64,000 nt of DNA from an uncultured Fibrobacteria bacterium (GCA_963716395.1 OY970309.1:3690784-3754783), one strand, 5' to 3'; shown: positions 19,677-29,968, counted from the stretch's first letter. A program made the numbers and translations. The notes: generated from the letters alone by a model not told the origin.

Positions 19677-20543
19677 TCAGCGCCAGGTCCAGAACACCGC
19701 GCCCGCGATTCCCAGCAAGACCAGGCCGCTGATGGCGATGTTGGCCAGGAAAAAATCCTGGTTCAAGCCGTCCAGCGAAGCGCCGCGCCGGAACCCGTGC
19801 AAATACACCAGCAAGGCGGCCACGCCCGCCAGGGCCGAGGTATAAACCCATCCCGGCCGGTAGCGCGCGGCGATGGCCACGAGGCAGCCGAACATACCGG
19901 CATGCAGCAGCGCGCTCACGCGCAGGGACCGGGCGATCCCGTAGCGCACCACCAGGGAATGCAGCCCCGCCGCCGCGTCGAACTCGTGATCCTGCGTGGC
20001 GTAGATCACATCGAAACCGGCAATCCACAGCCCCAGCGCCAGGCACAGCCAGAAGGCCGGGGCGCCGAAGCGGCCCTGTACCGCAATCCACGCGCCCATG
20101 GGCGAGATGCCGATAGCCAGCCCCAGAAACAGGTGCGACCAGGCGGTGAACCGCTTGGTCAGCGAATAGAAGCACACCGCCGCCAAGGTCGGCAGCGACA
20201 GCGCGAACGCCAGGGGATTGAGAAAGCGCGTGGCCACTACGAACAGAAGACCGTTCATCGCCAGGAAAGCTGCGACTTCTTTGCGGCCCAGCAAGCCCGC
20301 CGGCAAATGCCGCCGCCGGGTGCGCGGATTGCGCGCATCGTAGCCGGCGTCGACGAGGCGGTTGAAGGCCATGGCCGCATTGCGGCACAATGCCATGCAG
20401 GCCAGGATCAACAGAAAAATCTGCGGCCGTGGCCACCCGCCCGCGGCCCAGAACATGGCGGCCAAGGCAAACGGCAAGGCGAACAAGGTATGCGAAAAGC
20501 GCACGAGTTCGAGATAATGCCGGAGGCGGGAAAGCAAAATCAT
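19677..20543 (-). CDS. UbiA-family prenyltransferase (MqnP-like)
   Basis: FSHTLFALPFA, NRLVDAGYDARNPRT, YSLTKRF, FDVIYATQD. Confidence 0.92.
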   Translation of the reverse strand: MILLSRLRHYLELVRFSHTLFALPFALAAMFWAAGGWPRPQIFLLILACMALCRNAAMAFNRLVDAGYDARNPRTRRRHLPAGLLGRKEVAAFLAMNGLLFVVATRFLNPLAFALSLPTLAAVCFYSLTKRFTAWSHLFLGLAIGISPMGAWIAVQGRFGAPAFWLCLALGLWIAGFDVIYATQDHEFDAAAGLHSLVVRYGIARSLRVSALLHAGMFGCLVAIAARYRPGWVYTSALAGVAALLVYLHGFRRGASLDGLNQDFFLANIAISGLVLLGIAGAVFWTWR

Positions 20544-21106
20544 CCGCCCTTCCCCATCTCGCACCAGCGGCGGCTGACCGGATGATCCAGCCCCAGATGA
20601 TCCAGCACCCGCGCCAACACCGTGTCGACCAAATCGTCGATGGTTTGTGGTTTAAGATAAAAGGCCGGATTGGCGGGAAGCACCACGGCGCCGAGATCAG
20701 AAAGCGTTTTCTGGTTCAGGAAATGGCCGGCATGCATGGGCGTTTCACGCGGCACCACGATCAGGCGGCGGCGCTCCTTCAAGCACACGTCGGCGGCGCG
20801 CGTCAGCAAATTGTCGCCGATGCCGTGGGCGATTTTCCCCAAGGTGGCCATGGAGCAGGGCGCTATCACCATGCCGCGATGCCGAAAGGATCCGCTAGCG
20901 ATGGGCGCGAACAGATCGTCGTTGCGATAGACCTTGGCCGCCAGCGCAAACAAGCCTTGATGGCCTTCGAACGCCGCGACTTGCGCGCCGTGTTCGGTGG
21001 CCACCACCTGCGTTTCCAGCCCCAGGTCGCGCAAATGCAATAGCAGCCGATGCGCGTAAACGGCCCCGGAGGCGCCGGTGATGCCGAGCAAGAAAGGCTC
21101 ATCCAT
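20540..21106 (-). CDS. ubiX: Flavin prenyltransferase UbiX
   Basis: GITGASG, APIASGS, PCSMATL, RAADVCLKERR, PRETP. Confidence 0.95.
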   Translation of the reverse strand: MDEPFLLGITGASGAVYAHRLLLHLRDLGLETQVVATEHGAQVAAFEGHQGLFALAAKVYRNDDLFAPIASGSFRHRGMVIAPCSMATLGKIAHGIGDNLLTRAADVCLKERRRLIVVPRETPMHAGHFLNQKTLSDLGAVVLPANPAFYLKPQTIDDLVDTVLARVLDHLGLDHPVSRRWCEMGKGG

Positions 21107-21800
21107 GCGCTTCCCCTTTCACCGCCCGTACCGCATGGGCGATGCCGAAATCCAAAGACAGCGCGTGCACCTCGGCGAAGCCTTGCGCGCGGCATAAGGC
21201 GGCGTATTCTTCCACCGAAGAAAACTTGAGCACCGATTGGGAAAGGTAGGTATAGGCCGCGCGCTGCGACCCAAATAGCCGGCCGGCCAAAGGCATGAAT
21301 ACCGGAGCCGCCCGGCGGTAGAAGAATCGCGTGAAGGGCGTGGCTGGCCGGAAAAACTCCAAGGTTACGAACACGCCTCCGGGCCTTAACAGCCGTTGCA
21401 CGATGCCGATTCCCGCGGCCAAAGCGTCGAGGTTGCGCATGCCGAAACCGCACACCACGGCGTCAAAATACCCGTCGCCAAAGGGCGGATGCAAGGCATC
21501 GGACAAAACCGCCGCGGCCTGTACGCCTTTGTCCGCGGATGTGCGCAACATGGGCCGCGAGAAATCCGCGTTCACGATGAAGCCCGAAAAACCCGCGGCG
21601 CGCAAGGCGCGGGTGAAGTCGCCGGTGCCGCCGCACAAATCCAGCATGCGCGCGTTCGCACCGCCGCGCGGCAGATCGCGCAGCAAGAGGGCCGCGGCCT
21701 TTTGCCGCCACCGGGAATCGCGGCCGGCGCTGAGAAAACCATTGAGGCAATCGTAGCGGCCGGCAATGGCATCGAACATGTTTTGCACCGAACGCGACAT
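21099..21800 (-). CDS. ubiE: Demethylmenaquinone methyltransferase (UbiE/MenG)
   Basis: MFDAIAGRYD..N, LDLCGGTGD, FGMRN, AYTYL; ATG at 21800. Confidence 0.92.
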   Translation of the reverse strand: MSRSVQNMFDAIAGRYDCLNGFLSAGRDSRWRQKAAALLLRDLPRGGANARMLDLCGGTGDFTRALRAAGFSGFIVNADFSRPMLRTSADKGVQAAAVLSDALHPPFGDGYFDAVVCGFGMRNLDALAAGIGIVQRLLRPGGVFVTLEFFRPATPFTRFFYRRAAPVFMPLAGRLFGSQRAAYTYLSQSVLKFSSVEEYAALCRAQGFAEVHALSLDFGIAHAVRAVKGEAHG

Positions 21801-22030
21801 GCGCGGGAATGTAGAACCCGCGGTGGGCGGCTTCGGATCCATGCCGGCCCTGTCGCGGCCTTTAAGGCGTAAGCCCGCCGAAAAAATCTCTCCGGCGGGC
21901 TCAGACACGTCGCTCGGCGAAGAAGTTTTCGACGAGGCTTTCATTGAGATTTTCATCGCCCTCCCCCCAACTTCGCCAATGATTTTTCCCGGCCGCGTCA
22001 AAGCGGGCCTGCCTGGCGCATGTCTTTTCC

Positions 22031-22059
22031 TTGCAAGCGCCGAAGCGACCGTATAGATT
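22031..22059 (+). promoter_or_regulatory. Sigma70-type promoter for tRNA-Phe/greB
   Basis: TTGCAA-17 bp-TAGATT. Confidence 0.65.
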
Positions 22060-22071
22060 TTGCCCCCGGTT

Positions 22072-22147
<76 letters not shown>

Positions 22148-22167
22148 ATTCCGATTTCCGATCCGCA

Positions 22168-22644
22168 ATGGAACAGGCTCCCTCCCCCATCAGCCCCGAA
22201 GGCCTGCGCAAGCTGCGCGAAGAATGGGAGCGTTTGTACCACCAGGAGCGGCCCCAATTGCTGCAGGAGATCGCCACGGCGGCCGCGCAAGGCGATCGTT
22301 CGGAGAATGCCGAATATATCTACGGCCGCAAAAAGCTGCGGGAAATCGACCGGCGCTTGCGCGAGCTCGACGCGAAAATCCAGCGCAGCGTGGTGGTCGA
22401 AGCCACGGGCGGCCGGCGCGACAAGATCTACTTCGGCGCCCGCGTCACCCTACGTGGCGGCGACGGCCGCGCGCTGACCTTGCGGCTGGTGGGCCCGGAT
22501 GAAATCGATCCCATGGCCGGAAGCATTTCGCGTGCGTCGCCTTTCGGCCAGGCATTGTGGGGCCATGCGCCCCAGGGACGGGTCACGGTGCAAACCCCGC
22601 GCGGACCGCAACGCTTCACGATTGAAAACGTGGACTATCCGTAG
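22168..22644 (+). CDS. greB: Transcription elongation factor GreB
   Basis: AAAQGDRSENAEYIYGRKKLREIDRR, FGA.V, IS..SP. Confidence 0.93.
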   Translation: MEQAPSPISPEGLRKLREEWERLYHQERPQLLQEIATAAAQGDRSENAEYIYGRKKLREIDRRLRELDAKIQRSVVVEATGGRRDKIYFGARVTLRGGDGRALTLRLVGPDEIDPMAGSISRASPFGQALWGHAPQGRVTVQTPRGPQRFTIENVDYP

Positions 22645-23179
22645 CGCGAAAATCCAGCAAGCGGCTGCGCGCCTCTTCCCAGCGTAACCAAGGCGATACC
22701 CCTTCGGCGTCGAGCTTGCCGAGCGGCGGCAAAAGCCCGGCGGAGCGCAGGCGCTGAATCCATTCCGCCTGTTCGGAAGCGGAACCTTGCAGGGCCGCTT
22801 CAATCCAGGCCGGCGGCAGGCGGCGGCGCGGCTGAAAGGGGGCGGGCACGGCTCTTCCCGCGCGATAGTCCAGCAACAGGTGCGACCAGCCTTGCGGCCC
22901 GGGAAATCCGCCGCGGATTAAGTAAAGGCCGTGGTCGCCGGGTTCGGGTTGCAGATAGCGCACCAAGGCCAGGTCTTGCGGAAACAAGGCCAACAACAGG
23001 GCGGGCCGGCATTCGGGATTCCCCTTTCCATCCCACCCCCGCCAGGGCAGGGACCACGGCGCGCATTGATCTTCGGCCGCGCGCTGTCTCCACGCCGAAC
23101 CCTGACGCGCGCGTTCCCAACGTTTGAGACGCAAGTGATTTTCGCGGGACGCCGGGTCGGGAAAAAGAGCGGCCATCAA
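22616..23179 (-). CDS. Hypothetical protein
   Basis: Only ORF filling the gap; protein-like composition; no recognisable motif. Confidence 0.5.
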   Translation of the reverse strand: MMAALFPDPASRENHLRLKRWERARQGSAWRQRAAEDQCAPWSLPWRGWDGKGNPECRPALLLALFPQDLALVRYLQPEPGDHGLYLIRGGFPGPQGWSHLLLDYRAGRAVPAPFQPRRRLPPAWIEAALQGSASEQAEWIQRLRSAGLLPPLGKLDAEGVSPWLRWEEARSRLLDFRATDSPRFQS

Positions 23180-23217
23180 AAGTGCTCCCCGGGCCCGTTG
23201 CTATATTGGCTCTTCGC

Positions 23218-23835
23218 ATGAACCCGTTCCGAAGCACGGCAATGCCGGTAACCGGACTGGCCTGGGGAGCGGTGTTCGCGCTGGGGGCTTCGCTGTTCTC
23301 CGGCTGCGCCTCCCGGGAAAAAATCTACGTCCCCGAAGACATGCCCGACATTTGCCGCGATCTGGATTTTCGCAACGAGGTTCAATTGCGCAACGCCTGC
23401 GGGGTGCAGGCCCATTATCTCGCCTACCGGAATATCCCGGAGCATCGCGAATTGCTGCAACCCAAGGCCGGCCTGATCGTGAAAAAGGGGAAAAGCCTGC
23501 AATTGCGCCTGGAAAATTTTCTGCCCATCGATTTGCCCCGTTCCTTCCGAGGCCGCATCCGCTTCGGCGAAGACGTGCGCCGCAACCTGATCAAATCGAA
23601 AATGGACTATTGCGAATTTTTTCCGGCCCAGGCCGATCGTCCGGAAAAGCTCATTCGCCTCATGATCCCCTTCGATACCGGCGATTCGGCCACGGTGTGT
23701 TATACCGTGGAACCCAAAATCGAAACCTTGCAACGCGATCCCGGTTATGCCAGCCAGCTTTCGCCCTTGGATTGCGGAGACTTTGCGCGCAAGCAGGCGG
23801 CCAGCGAAAAAGCCGAAGCACCCCCGGGGGATTAA
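23218..23835 (+). CDS. Hypothetical lipoprotein
   Basis: Lipobox LFSG|C; TATATT 10 nt upstream of ATG. Confidence 0.7.
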   Translation: MNPFRSTAMPVTGLAWGAVFALGASLFSGCASREKIYVPEDMPDICRDLDFRNEVQLRNACGVQAHYLAYRNIPEHRELLQPKAGLIVKKGKSLQLRLENFLPIDLPRSFRGRIRFGEDVRRNLIKSKMDYCEFFPAQADRPEKLIRLMIPFDTGDSATVCYTVEPKIETLQRDPGYASQLSPLDCGDFARKQAASEKAEAPPGD

Positions 23836-23857
23836 TGCACCCCGGTGAATCGGGACG

Positions 23858-24094
23858 CTATTCCGAAAAAGCCTGTATGAGCGAACCCACACGGTCCAAT
23901 TTGCAAAACGCGGCGAAATCCAAATCGCGCCCGAAATCCGCATTCAAGCGTTCGAGCAGGGCTTTGCGCTCGGCATAGGTGATGCGGTAATCCGTAATGA
24001 AACGGTCCTCATCCTGGATGTCTTCGGACTTGAATCCCACCACGTCGGCGATAATCGAACGAATTTTGTCCGCTTTTTCCGTATCCAAAATCAT
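23858..24094 (-). CDS. Acyl-carrier-protein-like protein lacking the conserved Ser
   Basis: 78 aa, acidic; aligns by eye without gaps to AcpP, but DSL is replaced by TYA. Confidence 0.8.
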   Translation of the reverse strand: MILDTEKADKIRSIIADVVGFKSEDIQDEDRFITDYRITYAERKALLERLNADFGRDLDFAAFCKLDRVGSLIQAFSE

Positions 24095-24188
24095 GCTCCA
24101 CGCTAAAGATGAATCGCTGTCGGCCGTAAACCTACTCGGTGGCAACGACGCCCACAAGGGTAAAATTCGTCGATATTGGCGATCGGCC

Positions 24189-26558
24189 ATGGTGGTCGCG
24201 GCACTTTTGAGCGGCGCCGCCCAAGTCGCCTGGCCGCAGGGTGAATTGCCTGCGCCCTTCGCCGGCATCCCCGTCGTCGATGCGGTCGGCAGCGGCAATC
24301 CCGCGTCGGGCCGCGACGGCCGCGACTTCGTGCTCTCGGTTGCGGGCGACTCGGTGGGATACAATCATGCCTGGGAGGCCCAAACCTGGGGATTGGCCGG
24401 ACGCTGGAATGGATTCACCGCGGCGTATCGCCTCGCGATGAGCGCGGGAGATTATGCCGGTGAAAATTTTTTCCTCGGACAGTCCCTGCCGCTGGGCGCG
24501 TTAGGACGCCTGGGTGCGGACTGGCGCTTTGCCGACCGCGACGGCGGGCAGGCGGCCTTCGATTTCGGCTGGCAAGCCGAACCCCTTCCCGAATTGCGGC
24601 TGGGTTATGTCTTGCGCGATGCCGTGGATTTGGCGGACAAGCCGCCCTTGGAACACGAATGGGCGTTGGGCCTACGACCATGGGGCCGCCGGGTCGATGC
24701 CCTGGGCGGGTTGGAATGGGGAGGCGGGGCGACGATTCAACGCGCGCATTGGCATCCCTACACCTTCGCGCAACTCCCTGTGGCCCGGGGTCTCGGCCTC
24801 TGGGGCTATTGGGCGCCGCGCAGCGGCCGCATCGCCGCCAGCCTGACGGCGGCCTTGTCTCCCACGGCGCACTTGGGGCTGGGTACGACGCCGCGCCATG
24901 AGCCCGGCTTCCGTCTGGACTGGAGCCAGCCTCCCACACCAAAATACCTGGTGTCAACCGGCTGCGTGCGCGAGGTCGATTTGAACCACCCCATCGTCAT
25001 GGATGCGCGTGAACCCGGCTGGTTTGCCTCCGGCGGTTTGGATTGGGAGCACCTGCTGCAAAGGCTGGATTTTCTGGAGAACGATCCCACGGCCAAGGTC
25101 GTGGTGCTTCGCCTTGGAAACCTGCGCGCCGATTTCGCCACCGCCGAAGAGTTACACGACCGGATCCTGCGACTGCGCGCCCGCGGCAAACGCGTCTTCG
25201 CCTATCTTGAACCCGAGATCACACCCATGAATTACCTGGTGGCTTCGGCCGCCGACCGCGTTGCGGCGCAACCGCAGGGGTATTTCGCGGTTCCGGGCTT
25301 TGCCGCCGAAGTCACTTTCTACAAGGGCCTGCTCGACAAAATCGGCATCGAAGCGCAATTCCTGCGGCACGGAAAGGCCAAATCTTTTGTCGAACCTTTT
25401 ACGCGCACCGGTTTCACGCCCGCCTCGCGCGAGAATTTGCGCCAACTGCTGAACGGCTGGTGGGACGAGTACGTAACCGAGGTGTCGTCGGCGCGCGGCC
25501 TTTCCGCAGATTCGCTGCGGGCTTTTCTCGACCGCGGCGAAATCGATTTGGATTCGGCGCGGGCACAAGGGCTGATTGACACCTTGTTGCAGCCCGATCA
25601 AGTGGCCGCGGCCGCAGCCGGATCGGCCGCGCCGGTATGCAAAGAAAACGCCACCGAGATCGCCGGCGACTCGCGATGGAGCGCGGCCGCGCCGATTGCG
25701 GTGGCGGCACTGAACGGCGAAATCACGGCGGGCGAAAGCCGGGCCCGCGGTCTGTTCGGCGGAGAAACCATGGGCGCCGAAACCGTGGTGCGTTTGCTGG
25801 AGCGTCTGCGCCACCAAGGCAGCGTGCGCGCCGTGGTATTGCGCCTGGATTCACCCGGCGGTGAAGTCGAGGCCAGCGATCGTATCGCGCGCGAAATCGA
25901 TTTGCTGCGCCGCGACGGGAAAAAGGTGGTGGTGTCGGTGGGCGGCGAAGCCGCTTCGGGCGCGTACTACGTGGCCTGCCGGGCCGACGCCATCGTGGCC
26001 GAACCCGGTGCCGTGGTCGGCAGCATCGGCGTGCTGTGGGGCAAGGTGGTGACGCAGGGTTTGTACGGAAAACTGGGATTGACGCGCGAAGACCTCAAAA
26101 CCGCGCCGCATGCCGACGCCTTGTCGGGCGCGCGGCCGTGGACGCCGGAGGAGGTCGCGGTTTTGCAGCGCCATCTCGATCGCTTCTACGCCGAATTTCT
26201 GGCCCAGGTCAAGGAGCGCCGCGGATCCAAAATCACCGATTTGGATTCCGCCGCGGAAGGGCGCGTTTTCACCGGCACCCAGGGTTTGCGCCTCGGGCTG
26301 GTCGACACGCTCGGGGGGCTGGAGTTGGCCGAACGCGTGGCCGCGAAAATGGCGGGGATTCCGCTATGGGAAGCGACAAAAATCACAAGATATTATTCCC
26401 CCGCGGGGTTTCCGGATTGGGGCAACGTGGGCGCCGTCTTGGGGATCCGCGCGCCTTCGCTATGGGACGACTTGGCCGCGGGGCTGGAGGAATGGTCGCA
26501 TCCCCAGCTCTGGGCCTTGGACCCGGCGCTGGCCGCCACGGTCGGCCCCATGCGCTGA
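24189..26558 (+). CDS. sppA: Signal peptide peptidase SppA with N-terminal beta-strand-rich domain
   Basis: Two S49 domains; LRLDSPGG, AASGAYY, VGSIGV, EGRVFTG, GLVD.LGG. Confidence 0.9.
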   Translation: MVVAALLSGAAQVAWPQGELPAPFAGIPVVDAVGSGNPASGRDGRDFVLSVAGDSVGYNHAWEAQTWGLAGRWNGFTAAYRLAMSAGDYAGENFFLGQSLPLGALGRLGADWRFADRDGGQAAFDFGWQAEPLPELRLGYVLRDAVDLADKPPLEHEWALGLRPWGRRVDALGGLEWGGGATIQRAHWHPYTFAQLPVARGLGLWGYWAPRSGRIAASLTAALSPTAHLGLGTTPRHEPGFRLDWSQPPTPKYLVSTGCVREVDLNHPIVMDAREPGWFASGGLDWEHLLQRLDFLENDPTAKVVVLRLGNLRADFATAEELHDRILRLRARGKRVFAYLEPEITPMNYLVASAADRVAAQPQGYFAVPGFAAEVTFYKGLLDKIGIEAQFLRHGKAKSFVEPFTRTGFTPASRENLRQLLNGWWDEYVTEVSSARGLSADSLRAFLDRGEIDLDSARAQGLIDTLLQPDQVAAAAAGSAAPVCKENATEIAGDSRWSAAAPIAVAALNGEITAGESRARGLFGGETMGAETVVRLLERLRHQGSVRAVVLRLDSPGGEVEASDRIAREIDLLRRDGKKVVVSVGGEAASGAYYVACRADAIVAEPGAVVGSIGVLWGKVVTQGLYGKLGLTREDLKTAPHADALSGARPWTPEEVAVLQRHLDRFYAEFLAQVKERRGSKITDLDSAAEGRVFTGTQGLRLGLVDTLGGLELAERVAAKMAGIPLWEATKITRYYSPAGFPDWGNVGAVLGIRAPSLWDDLAAGLEEWSHPQLWALDPALAATVGPMR

Positions 26559-26570
26559 GCTTGCGAGAGG

Positions 26571-28256
26571 CTAGTGCAGAATCGGCAGGCTGGGTTGGAC
26601 CTGGTTCTGGCCGCGCAAATCCAACAGGCTGAACAACAGCGACGGACACAGTAAAGAAAAAGACGCCTGCGGTTCGAGGAGATAAGGCGCCTTGCCCACG
26701 GCCGGGATATCGCGCAGCGATTTCGAATCGAGAGCGTTGAAGGTCAGGCCGCGCACGGGCGTGCAGACTCCGGTGGCGGTGTCCACCGCATCGATTTCCA
26801 CCGGCGCCGGCAGCACAAAGGCACCGCGACTCGTATTGGGATCGGCATAGGGCAGGTAGCGCATGAGCGGGTGGCGCAGCAGCTTCCAGGCATCCTGGTC
26901 GGCCACTTTGGAAACGCGCAAACCGTAGGGCGCACCTTCATCGCGCGCCATGCGCCGCAACGAATCGAGCAACTTGCCTTCGCTCAGCCCGCCGGAAACC
27001 TGCACCTCTACCACGCCGGGAAAGCCGCCGCCGTAGCGCCAATGTCCGTTGTCGCTCATCTCGCCGGGGAGAATCGGGGTTTTGCCCCGGTAAAAATCGG
27101 TGATCCGTCCGCGATCGACGAGCAGCACATTGGCGGCCGGCTGGCCTTCCTGATCGAATTTGTAGGCCCCGTATAAAAGCTTCCCCCGGTAGCTGCGCAG
27201 GAACGGAGTGTCGCGCACCGTGATATTATCGGGCAGATATTTGCGGTCCAGAAGCCCCAGCAAGAAGGCGGGCTCGCTGTTTTCACTCAAAGGCGCACGC
27301 AGGGTGGCCTGCGGCTGCAGCAAGGTTTGATCGATGACCTCGCAGGCCGCCCCGCGCGTGAACAAAACCGGACCGCGGTACGAATTCACCGCCGGAACAT
27401 GGCGCAATCCATCCAGACGGTGAAGCAGGTACGTCAGCGTGTCCCGCAACTCCGCTTCAGGCGGGGTGCCGCCGCGGCCCGGCCATCCGACGCGGGAAGA
27501 CAGGCGCGCGTAATCCCACAGCGGTTCGCCGTCAGACGCCTGACACAACAGGGCCGCCAGCCAGGTATTCTCCTGCAACGACTGGATGTAGCTCGCACCT
27601 TGGGAGTCGACGTAATAAAAGGTGACGTAATAGTATTGGTAGGCGACGCGCGACTCGGCCAGCCAAGCATGGCGCCCGACTTCGGCGCTGAGCCGGCGGC
27701 ACAGGTTGATCCAGGCCGCCGTGTCGGGCGGCGTCAAAGCATCGATGTCGCGCTGCTGCAGGGATTTCTGCCGCGTCCAATCCGGCAGCACGTCCAGGCC
27801 ATGGTGGTTGGCCAAAAAGGATTTCTTCTGCGCCAACTGTTCCACGGCCACCTTGTAGCGCGCGTCGGTCAAGGTCCACAAGGCCTGGCGCAACAGCAAG
27901 GTGTCGTCCGACTCGGGGATGGGCGCCTGCAGTTGGGGGCCGAACACCAGGCCGCCCGCGTATTGTGACTGATCCTGGTCATAGGAGCCCACGCGCAAAT
28001 CCACATCGAGCATGCGGGTGCGCTCGGGCTCGTCGCGCTCCACCGACCCCATCGAGGTTTCGACGTGGTAGCCCTGCATATCCCACAACAGGTAACTCAT
28101 AAAATACGGGCGGGGTTCGCCCTTGAGCTGCAAACTGTCCATGGATCGCCGCAATTCGCTGCGCATGGCCCCCAGCAGCAAGGTGTCGGGCCGTTCCGGC
28201 GCGAAGCCCCAGGCCGACAGCGCCGCCGACAGGCCCAGCAGCAGCGCCCGCTTCAT
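26571..28256 (-). CDS. Exported TldE/PmbA-like partner (no HExxxH)
   Basis: Signal peptide MKRALLLGLSAALSAWG; LRVGSY, YRGPVLF, FDQEG, NGH; coupled to the upstream gene. Confidence 0.75.
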   Translation of the reverse strand: MKRALLLGLSAALSAWGFAPERPDTLLLGAMRSELRRSMDSLQLKGEPRPYFMSYLLWDMQGYHVETSMGSVERDEPERTRMLDVDLRVGSYDQDQSQYAGGLVFGPQLQAPIPESDDTLLLRQALWTLTDARYKVAVEQLAQKKSFLANHHGLDVLPDWTRQKSLQQRDIDALTPPDTAAWINLCRRLSAEVGRHAWLAESRVAYQYYYVTFYYVDSQGASYIQSLQENTWLAALLCQASDGEPLWDYARLSSRVGWPGRGGTPPEAELRDTLTYLLHRLDGLRHVPAVNSYRGPVLFTRGAACEVIDQTLLQPQATLRAPLSENSEPAFLLGLLDRKYLPDNITVRDTPFLRSYRGKLLYGAYKFDQEGQPAANVLLVDRGRITDFYRGKTPILPGEMSDNGHWRYGGGFPGVVEVQVSGGLSEGKLLDSLRRMARDEGAPYGLRVSKVADQDAWKLLRHPLMRYLPYADPNTSRGAFVLPAPVEIDAVDTATGVCTPVRGLTFNALDSKSLRDIPAVGKAPYLLEPQASFSLLCPSLLFSLLDLRGQNQVQPSLPILH

Positions 28257-29968
28257 GGCGACCTCCGCGGCGGCGGCAACAGCGGCGGAAGATTCTGATC
28301 TTTGGCGCGGCTCTCGAACTCCATGGAATACATCAGCAGCGAGGGCGAAATCGCGGCCACCGGCACCCAACCCGATTCGGCGCCGCATTCCCCGTTGAAC
28401 ACGGCGGGATCATTGCCGGCCGCGGCGATTTGGTCCAGGCTGGTCAACGGTGTGCCCACGGCATCGACGCCCCGCACCACCCGATCTGGCCGGCCGTCGG
28501 CGAACACCTGGGTCACGTACAGCGGTTCGACGCGAAAGGTTTGCGGCAGGTCGCGGGTGGTATAGGTGTTGCCGCCGGAAATGTCGTGCAGAATGAGTCC
28601 GAAAGGTAGGTGTTGCAAACGCAATAGTGATCGCAAACTATCGCGCAGGGCCGGAAACGACAAGGTGCGCGAGGCGGTGAGAATGGTGTTTCCCATGCGT
28701 GCCACCACTGGCAGCCCCAAATCGGCGCGGCCATGTCCGTTGGAAACGCCGTGCGGCGACAGCACCGAACGGCTGAAGAGAAAATCGCGGAACACGCCGT
28801 GATCGATGAGCAGGGTTTTTTGCGCCGGCACGCCCTCGTCATCGAAGCGGTAATAGCCGTTCAATTCCTGCCCGTCGCGGAATGACTCGGTGGGATCGTC
28901 GAACACCGACACGATGGGATTGGTGATGCGCCGGCCGACCTTGGAGACGAAGGTTTGCCCTTCGTCCACCGCCTTTTGCCGATGCCCTTCGACCCGGTGC
29001 CCGAAGACTTCGTGGATGTAGACGCCGGCGGCCACGTTCTGCAGAATCACCGGCCCGACGTAGGTCTCCAGCACGGGCGCGCGCCGCAAGGTATCGAGTT
29101 GGGCCAGCAGCAGACGCACGGCTTGGGTTAAGGTATCGGCGGGAAAATCCAGCGGAACCTGGCGAAAGTGGAAATCGCGGAGCAGCCAAAGGATCATGCC
29201 GTCGTCGGCCTTGGTCTCGACATAGATGGAAATGCTACCCAAAGTTTCCGAATGGGCCAGCGCCGTGCCTTCGGAAGAAACCAGGCGCTTGAGCACCGTA
29301 CCGAAGTTGAAATCGATTTGGCTGGCGTAGAGATGCGGGTCGCCGGAAAATAAACGCGAGGCGCGCAGGATGCGGGCGTATACGGTATCCAGCGCTTTCC
29401 GGTCGGGCAGTGACACCGGCGTTTCCTCGTCGAAATGCGTCGGCGGTTGCGGTGCGAAGTCGAGGCCGCTGTCGCCTTCGGGCGGGCGCACGCCCACATT
29501 GGCGCGAATCTTGGCAAAAGCGTCGCGGGCCGCCCGATAGGCGTAATCGGTGGCGCTACGCAGCGACTTCCGGACATAGGCGACATTGCGATCGAGCGGC
29601 CAGGGCACGTCCTGGAAGCCGGTCCAGGGATCGAATTCGAGGTTCTCGCGCAAGGGATGGGTGTTGTCGAAGGCCGGGCTCCCCACCCGCACTTCGACGC
29701 TGAGCGCACGCGCCGCGTGGCGATGATCGACAATCACCCCGCCCTTGTTGGCGCTGAATGCGATGAGGTCGGAATCGTTCACGCGGTAGGCGAGATAATA
29801 GGGCGGCAACGAGTCTTGCTGCCGCAGTTCGGCGAAGTTTTTTGGCAGTTCGCGTTGCAGCAAAGGCAACAGCACGGCCGACGTATCCACGGCCCCATGG
29901 GCCGCAATGGCCGCGGCCAACACGCCGCCGCCGAGGACGCGTGGCAAGACGGAATTCGGAATGCGCAT
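28253..29968 (-). CDS. Exported TldD-like metalloprotease
   Basis: HEVFGH, FDDEGV, NGHGR, ARMGN, CGAESGWVPV; signal peptide. Confidence 0.88.
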   Translation of the reverse strand: MRIPNSVLPRVLGGGVLAAAIAAHGAVDTSAVLLPLLQRELPKNFAELRQQDSLPPYYLAYRVNDSDLIAFSANKGGVIVDHRHAARALSVEVRVGSPAFDNTHPLRENLEFDPWTGFQDVPWPLDRNVAYVRKSLRSATDYAYRAARDAFAKIRANVGVRPPEGDSGLDFAPQPPTHFDEETPVSLPDRKALDTVYARILRASRLFSGDPHLYASQIDFNFGTVLKRLVSSEGTALAHSETLGSISIYVETKADDGMILWLLRDFHFRQVPLDFPADTLTQAVRLLLAQLDTLRRAPVLETYVGPVILQNVAAGVYIHEVFGHRVEGHRQKAVDEGQTFVSKVGRRITNPIVSVFDDPTESFRDGQELNGYYRFDDEGVPAQKTLLIDHGVFRDFLFSRSVLSPHGVSNGHGRADLGLPVVARMGNTILTASRTLSFPALRDSLRSLLRLQHLPFGLILHDISGGNTYTTRDLPQTFRVEPLYVTQVFADGRPDRVVRGVDAVGTPLTSLDQIAAAGNDPAVFNGECGAESGWVPVAAISPSLLMYSMEFESRAKDQNLPPLLPPPRRSP

